Position numbers and translations under genes: made by a program
Sequence record: OQ680139.1
Reading direction: 5' to 3' (one strand)
DNA length: 49,857 nucleotides
Source of the DNA: Escherichia phage PH1062
The notes under the pieces: model-generated
Seen by the model: only the letters and a program-made list of their open reading frames with translations
Databases searched by the model: none
What the model was told of the DNA's origin: nothing
Shown here: positions 1-10,600 of the stretch, in pieces
How positions within the stretch are numbered: the stretch's first letter is position 1
How the letters are laid out: every line of letters starts with the position of its first letter

Positions 1-2910
1 TGCTTCAGTTTCGGTGGCTAGCGCCGTCTGAACTTCAGTTATGGAAGCTACAACCTCATCATCAATCTGTGCTTTAAGCTGCGTGAGAGCCTCTACGCGA
101 GCCTGAGTTTCGGTGGCTAGCGCCGTCTGAACTTCAGTTACGGAAGCTACAACCTCATCATCAATCTGTGCTTTAAGCTGCGTGAGAGCCTCTACGCGAG
201 CCTGAGTTTCATCGGCAATAAGATTCACTGCCTGAACGTATTCAGCCTTTCTCTTTCCGTTCTCCTTGGTCATTCGTCGAACGTCAGTATTGTTTGCAAG
301 TGCGTTTTCAAGAATTGACTCCGCCTGCGCCTGAATAGCTCTGTTTGAATCAATGGCGTTCTGCTGTAGGTACTTAAACCCTTCGGAATTCTCAATATCT
401 ACCTTAATTTCACCAATGATCGATTCCACGTCATCACTAGCCATTCCTCGAACAATGTCAGACCAGTCAGAGACGTTCCCAATCCTGTCTACCAATCTCG
501 CCCTGTACCAGTTCACATATCCTGCAGGTAGTGTCGAGTGCCAGTACTCGTACTGAGGGTATGGGATCATTGTTAACAGGCTTGCGTTCTCCTCGCCAGT
601 GTGACCTCCAGCGCCATTATCTGGTATCTGCTGCAACTCAGTGTAGGCAGTGTCTCCAGAACCTTCTGGGAAACCCCATTTAACCCGTATCCCAAACACC
701 TGGTCGTCAGATGCAGTTATGACTGTTGGTTTATCTGGCTTCCCAATCTTACCAGTCAATCCTACGCTGACAACTTCAGACCATGGCGACGTATTGCCAC
801 CGCTTGAAATGCTCCTTACACGAACGTGATAATTACCCGCATAAATCCCTTCAACCTCAACCTCTGAGTTAGCAGTGCGCGGTACATTCATCCAGTTACC
901 GTTATCCTTTCTCCACTGCACGTCGTACTTGCTCGCGTACTGAACTTTATCCCACCCTATCACCATTGTCTCAACGCTCATCCCCTGCACAATTCGAGAG
1001 TATGATGAAACAACAATGTTTTTTGGTGGCTGCATGTTGTCAGGATCTACAATACTGGTTGGTCGGTCATCAATATTTACTCCGTAGTCGATCTCGTCGT
1101 ATTTATTGGGATCATACTCAACCGCCGTAATGCTGTATGTGAACTCATCATCACCGTCACCCTTCGTGATTCCAGTTACGACGTATTGCTGCAAAGCCAC
1201 GTCAGTTCTGTCGATTGCGAAAACAGTGTTGGGCTTAACATCAAAACCAAAACCAACGTTAAGCTCAATGGTTTTCCCGTCCGCAGATACTTTTGAAATC
1301 GTCCGACGCACCGGATTTCCGTCAGCCTTGTTCACGATAATGAAATCACCAGCTCGCGCATCGACCTTAAAGTGTGTGAACACTTGCAGGCCTGACACTT
1401 CCATCACACGACCTGATAACGAAAGCGTCAGGTTACTTGACCAGAAGTTATCAGCGATTGCTACCACGTCGCCAATCATCGGAATCATACCCTCAAGGCC
1501 AGTAGCAAAACTCACCGTCGTGCTGCGAAGGTTTGTTTTGAGAACCCAACGGCCCCGTCGATTCGCTTCACTGCGTCGAGTGCATCCGATCGCCGTGATG
1601 CTTGTCGGGTTATGGCCGAAGCGCAATGAAGCGTTAAGGTCGAACACGCCCTCAATGTCCTGGCTGTACATGTTCTGCTCGTCGTCGAACGTGACGTTGC
1701 AGGTTGTGTACATGCTTTTTTCACTTGCGAACGTATAGGCAAATGAGCCATCAACGACGTTATCGTTAGTAAAAATATAAGACGCCTCTCTCGGTCGGTC
1801 GATGACAATTGAAAGGCTCTCTCCGTTCCAGAAGCTCATTCCTCGGAATATTGAGCAAATGTCTCGCACAAGATTGTACGCTTCAACCTGAGACTGAATC
1901 ACCACATCGCAAAGATAGCGAGGCTCCGTTCCTCCGTGACCGTCTGGCACTTTTTGGTCGCAGTATTGACCAGCGTCATATAGTGACCACTTATCAACCG
2001 CGATTCCCAATTCCCGTTGGTCGAGTCCGTAGCGCTGATTGGTGATCAAATCATAAAGCACCCACGCCGGATTATTTGACCATGCTTTTTTAAAACTCCC
2101 ATCCCATGTGCCGTTATACTCTCGAAGCTCTGGATTATAGTTGCTCGGAACGTTAATGAGCTTCCATTTCTTTTTCGTGCTAATGCTTGGGATTTGCGGG
2201 AATAGATCGCTGTTAAACTCGACGTAAACAAGACCAGTCAGAGGGTAACGGAATTTAGCATCAACCACTTCGGCATAAGACTGAATGTTTATCGTGTCAA
2301 CGACGCGCGCATCAGTTGAATCAGCCGTAACGCGGCGCACACGCAATAGAACCTGACTATTGAACGTTGGTAGGTCGATTCGCTTTGTTTTGTCATATCC
2401 GCTAATTGTCTTTCCGTCGATTACGTCTGATAAAACTTCCTGGTAGTTCCCGCCATCAACCGCCATATCTACGGCCCACTTCACGACCACGCCGACCATA
2501 TCTCCGTTTTCTTTCGTTGTAACGCCGCGAGGCATCAGGATCTTGACGCGGACGGCTGAAAGCTGCTTATTCGTCACCGAAATCACGTAAGGCGTCGTTG
2601 TTTTCAATTCACGACCTACAGTGAACTCAGCCGCCGTGTCGTTGAAGCCTTTGATGTAATCCTGAGTCTGCGTTCCAGGGCGAAACTCAGCCGTTACGCC
2701 TTCATAGTTAACCTCGCCGGATGGTGCAATTACAGGAACATCATTAAGATATAAGTCCTTTAATGAGAAATTCGCGTCAACCTCGCCATCACTAACAGCG
2801 AGCAAAACCTTAATCTTGTTGATTGAGATCAGGTTATCTTCCATCTCCTGTGGGGTATGCGGCTTGCTGCTGCCACCCTTTCGGCCAGTCACTACACTAT
2901 TTTTAATCAT
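1..2910 (-). CDS. Central tail fibre / host-specificity protein, lambda gpJ-like (5' ~970 codons; ORF runs off the window start and resumes at 49177..49857)
   Basis: Minus-strand frame open from ATG at 2908-2910 to nt 1; absent from ORF track because no stop lies inside the window. My translation contains ...GTEPRYLCDVV..., matching the gpJ pattern GTEPRITCNAY from memory. Confidence 0.85.
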   Translation of the reverse strand, partial: MIKNSVVTGRKGGSSKPHTPQEMEDNLISINKIKVLLAVSDGEVDANFSLKDLYLNDVPVIAPSGEVNYEGVTAEFRPGTQTQDYIKGFNDTAAEFTVGRELKTTTPYVISVTNKQLSAVRVKILMPRGVTTKENGDMVGVVVKWAVDMAVDGGNYQEVLSDVIDGKTISGYDKTKRIDLPTFNSQVLLRVRRVTADSTDARVVDTINIQSYAEVVDAKFRYPLTGLVYVEFNSDLFPQIPSISTKKKWKLINVPSNYNPELREYNGTWDGSFKKAWSNNPAWVLYDLITNQRYGLDQRELGIAVDKWSLYDAGQYCDQKVPDGHGGTEPRYLCDVVIQSQVEAYNLVRDICSIFRGMSFWNGESLSIVIDRPREASYIFTNDNVVDGSFAYTFASEKSMYTTCNVTFDDEQNMYSQDIEGVFDLNASLRFGHNPTSITAIGCTRRSEANRRGRWVLKTNLRSTTVSFATGLEGMIPMIGDVVAIADNFWSSNLTLSLSGRVMEVSGLQVFTHFKVDARAGDFIIVNKADGNPVRRTISKVSADGKTIELNVGFGFDVKPNTVFAIDRTDVALQQYVVTGITKGDGDDEFTYSITAVEYDPNKYDEIDYGVNIDDRPTSIVDPDNMQPPKNIVVSSYSRIVQGMSVETMVIGWDKVQYASKYDVQWRKDNGNWMNVPRTANSEVEVEGIYAGNYHVRVRSISSGGNTSPWSEVVSVGLTGKIGKPDKPTVITASDDQVFGIRVKWGFPEGSGDTAYTELQQIPDNGAGGHTGEENASLLTMIPYPQYEYWHSTLPAGYVNWYRARLVDRIGNVSDWSDIVRGMASDDVESIIGEIKVDIENSEGFKYLQQNAIDSNRAIQAQAESILENALANNTDVRRMTKENGKRKAEYVQAVNLIADETQARVEALTQLKAQIDDEVVASVTEVQTALATETQARVEALTQLKAQIDDEVVASITEVQTALATETEA
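7..204 (-). repeat. Two tandem in-frame 99 bp repeats (33 aa each) inside the J-like gene
   Basis: Units at ~7-105 and ~106-204 differ by one nt (ttatgg vs ttacgg); encode TQARVEALTQLKAQIDDEVVAS(V/I)TEVQTALATE twice. Confidence 0.9.
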
Positions 2911-2957
2911 GATGTTTAGCCTTTCGTGCGATTTATCGAAGTTTCATTATACAGGCA

Positions 2958-2981
2958 CAAAAAAACCCGCGCAAGGCGGGT
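2958..2981 (-). terminator. Intrinsic terminator between tail assembly gene I-like and J-like
   Basis: Hairpin ACCCGC-gcaag-GCGGGT followed by a T-run on the minus strand. Confidence 0.55.
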
Positions 2982-2986
2982 TTGAC

Positions 2987-3580
2987 TTATGCCATATCTT
3001 CCGCAACGCTGTAGGCTGAGAATGTTGCTCCTCCTACCGTTCGATACCCGTATGGCACGGGGATCGGGTTTCCTGCTGCTGTCGTGTTTACTGCGCCGCC
3101 GAAGGCGTATGATGGTTTGTTCTTGCTGCTTTGAACCTCCATCTTTGAGCCGCCTTGCTGTGGTGAAATCATCTGCATTACCCCACCTAGCACCATTGCG
3201 CCGCCCATCATAAATGCTGACGTTGCGAACGTACCCATTAGCGCCAGTGATGCACCGCCTGTGTAGAATGCCGCAACCATCATTACAGCGCCAACAACAA
3301 TCTGGAACATCCCGCCGTTTTTTGATCCAGTAGGGATCGGAATAATGCGGACCTCTTTAGCACAAACGAATGCCGACTCGTCATGCTGGCCTACATTCTT
3401 TCCGTCAACGAATACTGCGAAGTGCATACGTGAGCCGATCTCACTCTGCATGAACTCCTTAAACCCTTCCACCTGGGATGATAACGCCCGAATTGCTTCG
3501 GGGTATGAGTCAACGTCGAACTTATGGAAAACACCGAATCGACGGCCCAGCGAGCCGGATAGCTTGATTGTTTTTAACAT
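2987..3580 (-). CDS. Tail assembly protein, lambda gpI-like
   Basis: 197 aa; SKNGGMFQIVVGA and Gly/Ala-rich hydrophobic tail resemble gpI; sits between K-like and J-like genes. Confidence 0.6.
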   Translation of the reverse strand: MLKTIKLSGSLGRRFGVFHKFDVDSYPEAIRALSSQVEGFKEFMQSEIGSRMHFAVFVDGKNVGQHDESAFVCAKEVRIIPIPTGSKNGGMFQIVVGAVMMVAAFYTGGASLALMGTFATSAFMMGGAMVLGGVMQMISPQQGGSKMEVQSSKNKPSYAFGGAVNTTAAGNPIPVPYGYRTVGGATFSAYSVAEDMA

Positions 3581-4299
3581 TTGTCTAAGTCCTTATGTCT
3601 GCAAACCATTACTGTATGTTCCTGGAACCAGCCTGAGTAAATATCCGTCTTTGACAGCTTACCGAAGGCATGGTGAAGAAGTTGATTGTTTCCAAGGTAA
3701 ATTCCCGCATGATTCCATACTTCGGCCTGTAGTTTCATGATTACCATGTCACCAGGTTCAGGATCTTTTCCTGTTTCAACGAATCCCTCTTTGATGTAGT
3801 TATCCTGGTATAGATTCTCGCCATACTCAGGCTTCCACCATTCGTAAGGCTTTCGGAAGTCATTCAGGATCACGCCTTGCTCTTTGTGCCACGCCATAAC
3901 CAGCCCCCAACAATCGAATGAGCCAAGCGACCAGGGCCGACCAATCAGCGGCATGGCTTCTGGATGAACGATTCTCATGTCACCTTCTGGCAGACTTACA
4001 ATCACCCATGGCAATTCCATCTCATTCAATACGCATAGGTCATGTGCGCTTGGTAAAGTGGTCGCCCCGTCGCCAGTGTGACTATGGACGATGGCGATCG
4101 TGGTTAGGTCGGCGTCATCCTCAATGCAGGCGTACTGTACAGAATGAAGCTGAAAACCTTTTTCCGGCTCTGAGTGAACGTTGTCAATAGGCCAGTATTT
4201 TTGCACTCGGCCTTTCTGAGTAACCACCCCGCAACATTCATTGGGGTAAACTGATTTTGCATGTTCGAAGATTGCCATCTTAATTTTGCCGTTAATCAT
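3574..4299 (-). CDS. Tail assembly protein, lambda gpK-like (JAMM/MPN plus NlpC/P60-like)
   Basis: 241 aa; HSHTGDGATTLPSAHD fits the JAMM metal motif; gene order L-K-I-J. Confidence 0.6.
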   Translation of the reverse strand: MINGKIKMAIFEHAKSVYPNECCGVVTQKGRVQKYWPIDNVHSEPEKGFQLHSVQYACIEDDADLTTIAIVHSHTGDGATTLPSAHDLCVLNEMELPWVIVSLPEGDMRIVHPEAMPLIGRPWSLGSFDCWGLVMAWHKEQGVILNDFRKPYEWWKPEYGENLYQDNYIKEGFVETGKDPEPGDMVIMKLQAEVWNHAGIYLGNNQLLHHAFGKLSKTDIYSGWFQEHTVMVCRHKDLDKC

Positions 4300-5042
4300 T
4301 GGTTTTTCCTGTCAAGTGATGCGACCGCGCAGCCGCCGAAATCTAATTCATTTTTGTCGCCAAATCGTAATTTGCAGGCAGTTACCGTTCCTGCGCATAC
4401 GTCCTGTGATGGATCAGTTACTGGATTATTGTCTTTGTCAAACATCCGGCTTCCATTATAACCGCAACCGCGTCCGCTCCGATACCATCCACGCTGCGCC
4501 CAAAAGCAAACACTCTGAGTCACTCGCGGCGGGATCATGATTCCGTCCATATCATATGGTGAAGTCAGGTCGAATCGCGCAAGGTTCTGATCCACAAAGT
4601 TCGGTCGTTCAACGTAGTAAACGTATTTTCGGAAGTCACCAGCCGCAACGTTACCTGTGCTGCCTAGCATTTCGCGTGAGGTTATCCAGATAGTCACCTT
4701 GGCCTGCATCATGCCGTTGTAGGATCGGATAAGGGCCGATACTCTGCTGTCAAGGTTGGATAAGGTTAACTGTGGTTTTCCTGCCTTTCCGTTACCGTTT
4801 AGGTCAATGCCTGATATGCCGAAAGGACGAGCGCCATATTCATTTCCCTGAAAGGTGATTGTTTTTGGCTGAAGGCTACCGCCTGGCTGTGTGGCTGCGA
4901 GAATCTCCTCCGGCGTAAACTGGATGTTTTCGTTGTGCATCCTATATACTTGCGCTCCAAACTTTGTGCCATCTATGTCAATCAGCGTTATAATCTCGCC
5001 AGGAAAAAGCCCCTGCAAGACGTTCTCAAACTTAGGTGTCAT
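4296..5042 (-). CDS. Minor tail protein, lambda gpL-like
   Basis: 248 aa; Cys-rich C-terminus (C..C..C.C) as in gpL; position between M-like and K-like. Confidence 0.6.
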   Translation of the reverse strand: MTPKFENVLQGLFPGEIITLIDIDGTKFGAQVYRMHNENIQFTPEEILAATQPGGSLQPKTITFQGNEYGARPFGISGIDLNGNGKAGKPQLTLSNLDSRVSALIRSYNGMMQAKVTIWITSREMLGSTGNVAAGDFRKYVYYVERPNFVDQNLARFDLTSPYDMDGIMIPPRVTQSVCFWAQRGWYRSGRGCGYNGSRMFDKDNNPVTDPSQDVCAGTVTACKLRFGDKNELDFGGCAVASLDRKNQ

Positions 5043-5085
5043 GGGATTACCTCCAATAAAAAAGCCCCCGTTAGGAGGCTTTATT

Positions 5086-5433
5086 CTACACCGCTGTGAA
5101 GGCTTCTACAATGGTGCATTTTACGACAAGAAGGCCTCGACCGATTGGCTGAGTATTCAGCGTGTCAGGCTTCAATAGGAAGACGCCGATCTTGTCCTCC
5201 GGTGGGGTAAAGGCAAAGGCTTTCAGTCTGTGCGATCGCAAAAATTCGCGCACTTCTTTCCAGTCCTTGCCAACGTAACTGATTGAGTACTCTCGTCGCT
5301 CAGTGTTGTAGCCAGACGATGCAACCTGGCGGAATCCATTACCAAACTGCACCTGCCTGTCATTGTTGGTGACGGTCATCACGCCGCCACCATCCTGAAC
5401 CTGTACGCACCACTTGAAAACGTCTAGGGCCAT
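5086..5433 (-). CDS. Minor tail protein, lambda gpM-like
   Basis: 115 aa; immediately downstream of tape measure gene. Confidence 0.5.
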   Translation of the reverse strand: MALDVFKWCVQVQDGGGVMTVTNNDRQVQFGNGFRQVASSGYNTERREYSISYVGKDWKEVREFLRSHRLKAFAFTPPEDKIGVFLLKPDTLNTQPIGRGLLVVKCTIVEAFTAV

Positions 5434-5436
5434 TTA

Positions 5437-8343
5437 TTACGCTCCTGCTTTTCCGTTGATGTAATTGTAAACTTCGCCACCCTGGGAACATGATTCCTGA
5501 ATCATTTGCTTGAAAATCATTTTCACGCCCTGCTCCATGCCCTTCGGATCGCTACCGTTATTGATGCTAACAGGGATGCTACCAATTGTCACGCCGCCAG
5601 CCATGATTGCACTACCGCCGCCACCGCTTGTTGTTCCACCAACCACGCCGCCATTAGCATAACCGCGCATCATTCGATAAAGGTTATCGACGCCAATTCG
5701 CTTGGTAGCTTCCTTGGTCATGACAAACTCACCTTTATGAACCGTGCCTGCTGGCTCATACTTGCCGCCATCTCCGGTGTAACCGCCAGTGGCGAACCAC
5801 CCTGAGTTAGCGAAAGAGAATCCCTTGCCGCTGCCTATTCCCATTCCTGATAGTGAGTTAAAGATTACCATCTGCGTGATCATCTTAATGATCTGGCTGA
5901 TAATGCTTTTTGCAAAGTCTGCAAAGTTGGCCTGCCCCGTCATCAAGAACTCAGTCATCATGTCTGTCAAACCGTTCAGGGCGTTACTTGCGATATTTTC
6001 TACGTTTCCGTACATATCCATAGCACTCTCGCCGTAGTCCGCAAATGCTTTCTGCGCCCCAGCAAGCCAGTCTCCGCGCTTCTCATCCTCGTTGGCGTAA
6101 TACTCGTTCTGCTTGTCAATCATTTTCTTGAGCGCTTCATCATCCTGACCGCCGCCCTTAGCCATGTACTCCGCTCGGATCTTCTCAAGCTGAATCTGGC
6201 GCTCTGCCTCAAGTGTACCCATGGCGCGCGTGGCGTTAAGGCTTTTGCTCGCTGCGTCAATCTGCATGATGAACTTCATTGAGTCGTCATTCAGTTTGTT
6301 GATCTGCTCCTGCTTAACAATCTGATCACCAAGCTCTGCCTTTTCCTTCGCCAACGAGAGCACCTTTTGCTGACTGGCAAGCAATGCTTTTTCCTCGTTG
6401 GTCAGCTTACGCTTACTCTGTGCATCCTGGAGGATTGAAATCTGAGCCTCAGTAGCCCACAAAGCACGGCGCTGGCTTGAGATCTTGTCGTTAATCGACT
6501 TGTGATCTTCCAAAACTTTAAGCTGAGCTTTGAGAACGTAAAGTTCTTTATCAAGCTGCTCGGTAGCGCCCTTGGTTACTGCGCCGTTGCTCTTAGTTTT
6601 CTTCCGGTTCTTTTCCTCAATTTCTTTAGCTTCCTTCGCTACGGCTTCCTTTGTTTCCTTGGCGTATTGCTTCTCAAGATCACGTCGGCCCTTAAGCGCA
6701 TTGATGTAACCCATCTCGCCCTTTTCGACTCTCGCGTTAATAACATCCAGATCTTTTGCAAGGCTGTCGTAGGTGTCCTTGGAGTTCTTAACGATAGTCT
6801 GCTGTTCGTTGAGAATATCCTTACCGAAATCACTCATACCTGGCAGGCTTTGCGTGGCCTTGATTGCAGAGGCGATAAAGTTAGAAATGTATTCGTCACC
6901 CTTGGCGAGAATCATTTTAACCTGAATCACCGTGCCGCTAACCACATCAATGATGAGGTTTAGAGCACCAAGCGTATGATCTCCAACCCACCCCCAGGCG
7001 TCTGATGACCATTTCTTAATGTCATTCCACATCTTTTCAAGCGGCGTTGCAGTACCTGCAATCTTGCTCATGCGTTCTTCCATGGTGTCGGCAAACAGCT
7101 TGGTCGCCTCCGTCACAGCTTCGGTTTCGCCCTTGGCTTTAACAATCCCGTTAATGTAGGTCAATTGACCTTTCTCAAGGAAGTTGTATTGCTCGTTCAG
7201 CTTCGCCAGTCCTTTTACCGGATCATCTGCAATCTTGCCGAAGTCACTGATAATATCGCTCGTCGCTCGACCCGTTGCGGCTGACCATTCAGCGGTAGCG
7301 CGGGTAATATTCCTGATTTGGTCCTGAGTGTACTTACCACTTTTCGCAAGCTCAGTAGCAATTTCTCGCACAGATCCGATAGTCGCGTTGCTGGTATCCG
7401 CAATTTTGTTTGCAATCTGGTCAAGGTCCGCCGCGCTCGCCGCTGCAAATCCGCCAGTCTCAATCAAGGCGTTTTTCATATCTGTGATGGAGCGGTAGGA
7501 GTCGTAACCAGCTTTAGCAAGGCCAGCAAGTGCGATACCCATAGCGCCCATACCAACCGTTACCGGATTAAGGTAAGAAAGCAAAACTTTAAACGTATTC
7601 CCAACACCGCCGAACGAATCCTTGATCTGCCCGCCCTGCTGGATTGCAACCAGCCATACAGGCATACCGGAAGCAAGGGAGGTAACAACGTCAGTGATCT
7701 GCATTGGCAAGATGCGCAGCGCGTTCTTGTACTCGCCAGCGGAAAGGCCAGCCGCATTTGTCGCTACAGTCTGCTTGTTCATCGCTGCAATTAAAGGTGC
7801 GGCCTGAGTCGATACGCCAAGCTGTGCCGCCTTCAATTCGAGAAGCTCAGTCTTGGTCATTGTCGCAGCGTTAGCTTGTTCTTGCAGTGATTTAAGGAAC
7901 CTGTCAGCGTCCTTTGTTGCCGCCTCTTTGGCTTTTGAGTTAGCCATAGCCGCACGGCCTTCTTCGGTCAGCGCCATCTTGGATCGGTTAAGCGCATTGA
8001 TCTGAGTTTCAATCATGCTTGACAGATTGAAGAACTCGGCGTCTGGAACGAGGCCTTTACTCCAGAGGTTATCCAGGTCAACGCTCGCCTTCTGCAACTG
8101 GCGCATTTTTCCGATTGTAGGATCAATGGCTTTCTCTACGTCGGCAAATTCTTTCTTCTGGCGCTTAACCTCGTTGTTGAACTCTTTCATCTTCTGCTTT
8201 GCTACTTGCTCAGCATCAATGAAATTGTCAAAGCTCTTTCCGGCTGTGTTGTTCGCCCTGGATAAGTCATCCAGAGATTTAACCGCCGCATCAACCTGGG
8301 ATACGTCAACCCCAAGCGATAGCCCTGCAAATTTATCTGTCAT
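5437..8343 (-). CDS. Tail tape measure protein
   Basis: 968 aa, long coiled-coil-rich sequence with Gly-rich C-terminal segments; follows the G/G-T chaperone pair. Confidence 0.85.
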   Translation of the reverse strand: MTDKFAGLSLGVDVSQVDAAVKSLDDLSRANNTAGKSFDNFIDAEQVAKQKMKEFNNEVKRQKKEFADVEKAIDPTIGKMRQLQKASVDLDNLWSKGLVPDAEFFNLSSMIETQINALNRSKMALTEEGRAAMANSKAKEAATKDADRFLKSLQEQANAATMTKTELLELKAAQLGVSTQAAPLIAAMNKQTVATNAAGLSAGEYKNALRILPMQITDVVTSLASGMPVWLVAIQQGGQIKDSFGGVGNTFKVLLSYLNPVTVGMGAMGIALAGLAKAGYDSYRSITDMKNALIETGGFAAASAADLDQIANKIADTSNATIGSVREIATELAKSGKYTQDQIRNITRATAEWSAATGRATSDIISDFGKIADDPVKGLAKLNEQYNFLEKGQLTYINGIVKAKGETEAVTEATKLFADTMEERMSKIAGTATPLEKMWNDIKKWSSDAWGWVGDHTLGALNLIIDVVSGTVIQVKMILAKGDEYISNFIASAIKATQSLPGMSDFGKDILNEQQTIVKNSKDTYDSLAKDLDVINARVEKGEMGYINALKGRRDLEKQYAKETKEAVAKEAKEIEEKNRKKTKSNGAVTKGATEQLDKELYVLKAQLKVLEDHKSINDKISSQRRALWATEAQISILQDAQSKRKLTNEEKALLASQQKVLSLAKEKAELGDQIVKQEQINKLNDDSMKFIMQIDAASKSLNATRAMGTLEAERQIQLEKIRAEYMAKGGGQDDEALKKMIDKQNEYYANEDEKRGDWLAGAQKAFADYGESAMDMYGNVENIASNALNGLTDMMTEFLMTGQANFADFAKSIISQIIKMITQMVIFNSLSGMGIGSGKGFSFANSGWFATGGYTGDGGKYEPAGTVHKGEFVMTKEATKRIGVDNLYRMMRGYANGGVVGGTTSGGGGSAIMAGGVTIGSIPVSINNGSDPKGMEQGVKMIFKQMIQESCSQGGEVYNYINGKAGA

Positions 8344-8355
8344 AAAACCCCCATA

Positions 8356-8379
8356 CGAAAAAAGCGCCCGTAGGCGCTA
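8356..8379 (-). terminator. Hairpin plus T-run between G-T and tape measure gene (attenuator-like)
   Basis: AGCGCC-cgta-GGCGCT followed by TTTTTT on the minus strand, directly after the G-T stop codon. Confidence 0.45.
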
Positions 8380-9008
8380 TTATTTTTTGTGCATCTGCTT
8401 AAGCGCTTCCGCTTCCATCACACGCACATCATTTAAGGCCATTTCTTCACAATCTATTTTATAGATTCGAAATAGCATAGGCAAGACATTATAATCAAGC
8501 CCGTAGGCTCCGGCTCCGGCAGATCTCCATTGCGTTTGCATCGCGGTGAATACTTCCCATGACTGGTATGTTTCCTCGTCGAACTGCAATATCTCCGGCT
8601 CTTCGTTGTCGTAGTCTTCACGGGTTAATCCGTATGCCTCAAGCTCTGAGTCGGTGGGCGCTCGCCTGAATAATAGCTCGACCGCCCGTTTTAGTTTTTT
8701 ACTCGGTAGCCAGCCAGCGCTTGAGTGTAGGTTGAGATCAGGCCACCAACAACGGCAGGGTAACTATCAACAAGCTTATTGATGTTTTCATCATTGAACT
8801 CGTCCTCAAGTTCCCACCCGCTAGCCAGGGATTTTACAAACTGAGCGCCAGTCTGTTTTTCTGCATTTTTCAGCGTGGCGTTAAGTTCGGATGACGTTAG
8901 CGCCTTGACAGTGAATGAAAACGAAGCTTCAACGCCGTTCGGCAATACGAATTTAACCGGAAGCGGGAAGTCTGGCAGGCGTTCAGATAGGGTTACTTTA
9001 AAGCTCAT
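8380..9008 (-). CDS. Tail assembly chaperone G-T fusion made by programmed -1 frameshift
   Basis: -1 frame after the slippery site stays open to 8380 and carries the T part (ORF track 8380..8589). Confidence 0.6.
8691..9008 (-). CDS. Tail assembly chaperone (G-like)
   Basis: 105 aa ORF ending ...YRVKN; slippery heptamer AAAAAAC lies on its last codons. Confidence 0.65.
   Translation of the reverse strand: MSFKVTLSERLPDFPLPVKFVLPNGVEASFSFTVKALTSSELNATLKNAEKQTGAQFVKSLASGWELEDEFNDENINKLVDSYPAVVGGLISTYTQALAGYRVKN
8694..8700 (-). other. Slippery heptamer A AAA AAC (programmed -1 ribosomal frameshift site)
   Basis: Minus-strand GTA AAA AAC TAA at the 3' end of the G-like ORF. Confidence 0.65.
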
Positions 9009-9053
9009 TGTTTTTTCCTCTTTGTTTGAATTGGTGATATTAAATCACAAATA

Positions 9054-9075
9054 GAAAAAGGGGGCAATAGCCCCC
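9054..9075 (-). terminator. Intrinsic terminator after major tail protein gene
   Basis: GGGGGC-tatt-GCCCCC plus T-run on the minus strand. Confidence 0.6.
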
Positions 9076-9080
9076 TTGCA

Positions 9081-9752
9081 TTACTCAGATTCTTTCATGT
9101 GCGTGTATTTGCCATCAAGCGAGATGGTCAGGATGGTCGTTTCATCTTCGTTCATCACCGTGTTAGGGATGTCATCGAAAGATGGCGTGCCAGAGAAGGT
9201 GCGGATCGGATAGCTTGCCTTCGGTACAAACATTCGCATAGCGCGCGTCTTGCCGTCTTCGTCGTAACCAATCAGAAGCTGCGTGATTGGGTTGGCGTAG
9301 TCGAAGTCGAACGTATACGCGATGGACGTCGCAGATTTAAAGGTCGGGATCTGCTTTTCACGGTAATCTGAAAAACACTGCTTGGTATAGAACTGCTGCT
9401 CGCCACCAGATTTTGCGATGTCGCTCACGCATGGAATCTCAATCCAGCTTTCGATCTTAACGAAAGTGGAAGCGCCGCCAGCGGGGAACTTGTTAAGGTC
9501 AGCCGTGGAAGTGTTCTTGTCGCCTTCAAGCGTGATTGATGTGTCGCTAACCACTTCTTTTACGCGCATTACGCGGTTTTTGAATGCAGCCCATACGCTT
9601 TCCAGCACCAGGACGTAATCGCCTTTCACAATGCCAGTGGTCGATGTAACAGTTGCTACCGGATCATCCGCGTTGCTTACTTTGCTTGCGTCAATTTCAG
9701 TAGCGGATCGGGTCTGCTCAATAAAGATTTGGGAACCGTTAGGAAGTGCCAT
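9081..9752 (-). CDS. Major tail protein
   Basis: 223 aa, located directly upstream of the chaperone pair and tape measure gene. Confidence 0.6.
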   Translation of the reverse strand: MALPNGSQIFIEQTRSATEIDASKVSNADDPVATVTSTTGIVKGDYVLVLESVWAAFKNRVMRVKEVVSDTSITLEGDKNTSTADLNKFPAGGASTFVKIESWIEIPCVSDIAKSGGEQQFYTKQCFSDYREKQIPTFKSATSIAYTFDFDYANPITQLLIGYDEDGKTRAMRMFVPKASYPIRTFSGTPSFDDIPNTVMNEDETTILTISLDGKYTHMKESE

Positions 9753-9765
9753 AGTTAATGCTCCT

Positions 9766-10185
9766 TTATTCGTCGTATTGTACTGTGAAGCGGATTGGAA
9801 TTAACCAGCCTCTTTGGGATTTCTGCACGGGCTTTTGGCTCGCGCCTTCAAAAATAAAACCTACAGAAAGGATTTTACCATCTTCGAAGAAATTAGCAAT
9901 TTCTTTTGCTAGCTTGCGCGCGTCATCCATGCCAGTATCAGGCGAAAAAACAATGCCAATTTGGACAAGGCCACGAATCCTGATACACTTCCGGCTCAAA
10001 GATTTGTACGTCTTCTCTGCCGGAATGTAATCAAACTTCAACCACGTAGAGCCATCGTCAGGCTCAGTGAACGCTACGTTCTCATACATGATAGGGAATC
10101 GACTTCCGAACTCACCATGTAGCGCCTTACGCGCCGCGACCGCTAGGTCATAATCGTCATAAACCATTTTTATTCCTTGATTCAA
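9766..10185 (-). CDS. Tail terminator / tail completion protein (putative)
   Basis: 139 aa; position between neck genes and major tail gene. Confidence 0.4.
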   Translation of the reverse strand: MNQGIKMVYDDYDLAVAARKALHGEFGSRFPIMYENVAFTEPDDGSTWLKFDYIPAEKTYKSLSRKCIRIRGLVQIGIVFSPDTGMDDARKLAKEIANFFEDGKILSVGFIFEGASQKPVQKSQRGWLIPIRFTVQYDE

Positions 10186-10600
10186 TAATTGCTTCTGCCA
10201 TGTAAGATCTCAACCGGATAGCCACTAGGCCAAGCACGCCAGCGGGAGCTTGCTGTGAATGTCCGTATTCCAGAGCATTGGCATAGATCAGCATGTTGGA
10301 AAAGTAGATTGTAGTCACCGCGCCGCCACGACCTAAAGGCAATACGTTAGCTGTTCGTATACCTGCGGCAATGGTAGCGTTACCGGATTTGTCATACTCA
10401 TTCAGCGCGTACATTGGAATGTGGTTATAGGTTATCTGCCAGTTAGCTCTGAAGCGACCAGTATCAACTGGTGATCTCTTAACTAAATCAGCGTGAACAG
10501 CCTTGACGAACTCACGAATAACATCATCAAGGCCAGATTTAACCTGCTTAATCCACTTATCTATATCGCCCTGGAACTTCCTGACGATATAGTTAGCCAT
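10157..10600 (-). CDS. Neck protein (putative)
   Basis: 147 aa; position in head-tail joining cluster. Confidence 0.35.
   Translation of the reverse strand: MANYIVRKFQGDIDKWIKQVKSGLDDVIREFVKAVHADLVKRSPVDTGRFRANWQITYNHIPMYALNEYDKSGNATIAAGIRTANVLPLGRGGAVTTIYFSNMLIYANALEYGHSQQAPAGVLGLVAIRLRSYMAEAIIESRNKNGL

Noticed and set aside
353-2231. Plus- and minus-strand ORFs of 60-210 aa (353..556, 601..807, 1106..1738, 1512..1808, 1809..2045, 2046..2231) inside the J-like region
   Set aside because: They lie within or antisense to the long minus-strand J-like frame that the ORF track missed; they have no RBS and low-complexity translations.
5506-8464. Multiple ORFs antisense or out of frame within the tape measure gene (e.g. 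6502..6963, 7318..7794, 8015..8464)
   Set aside because: Embedded in a 968 aa gene with clear coding signal on the other strand; typical shadow ORFs.
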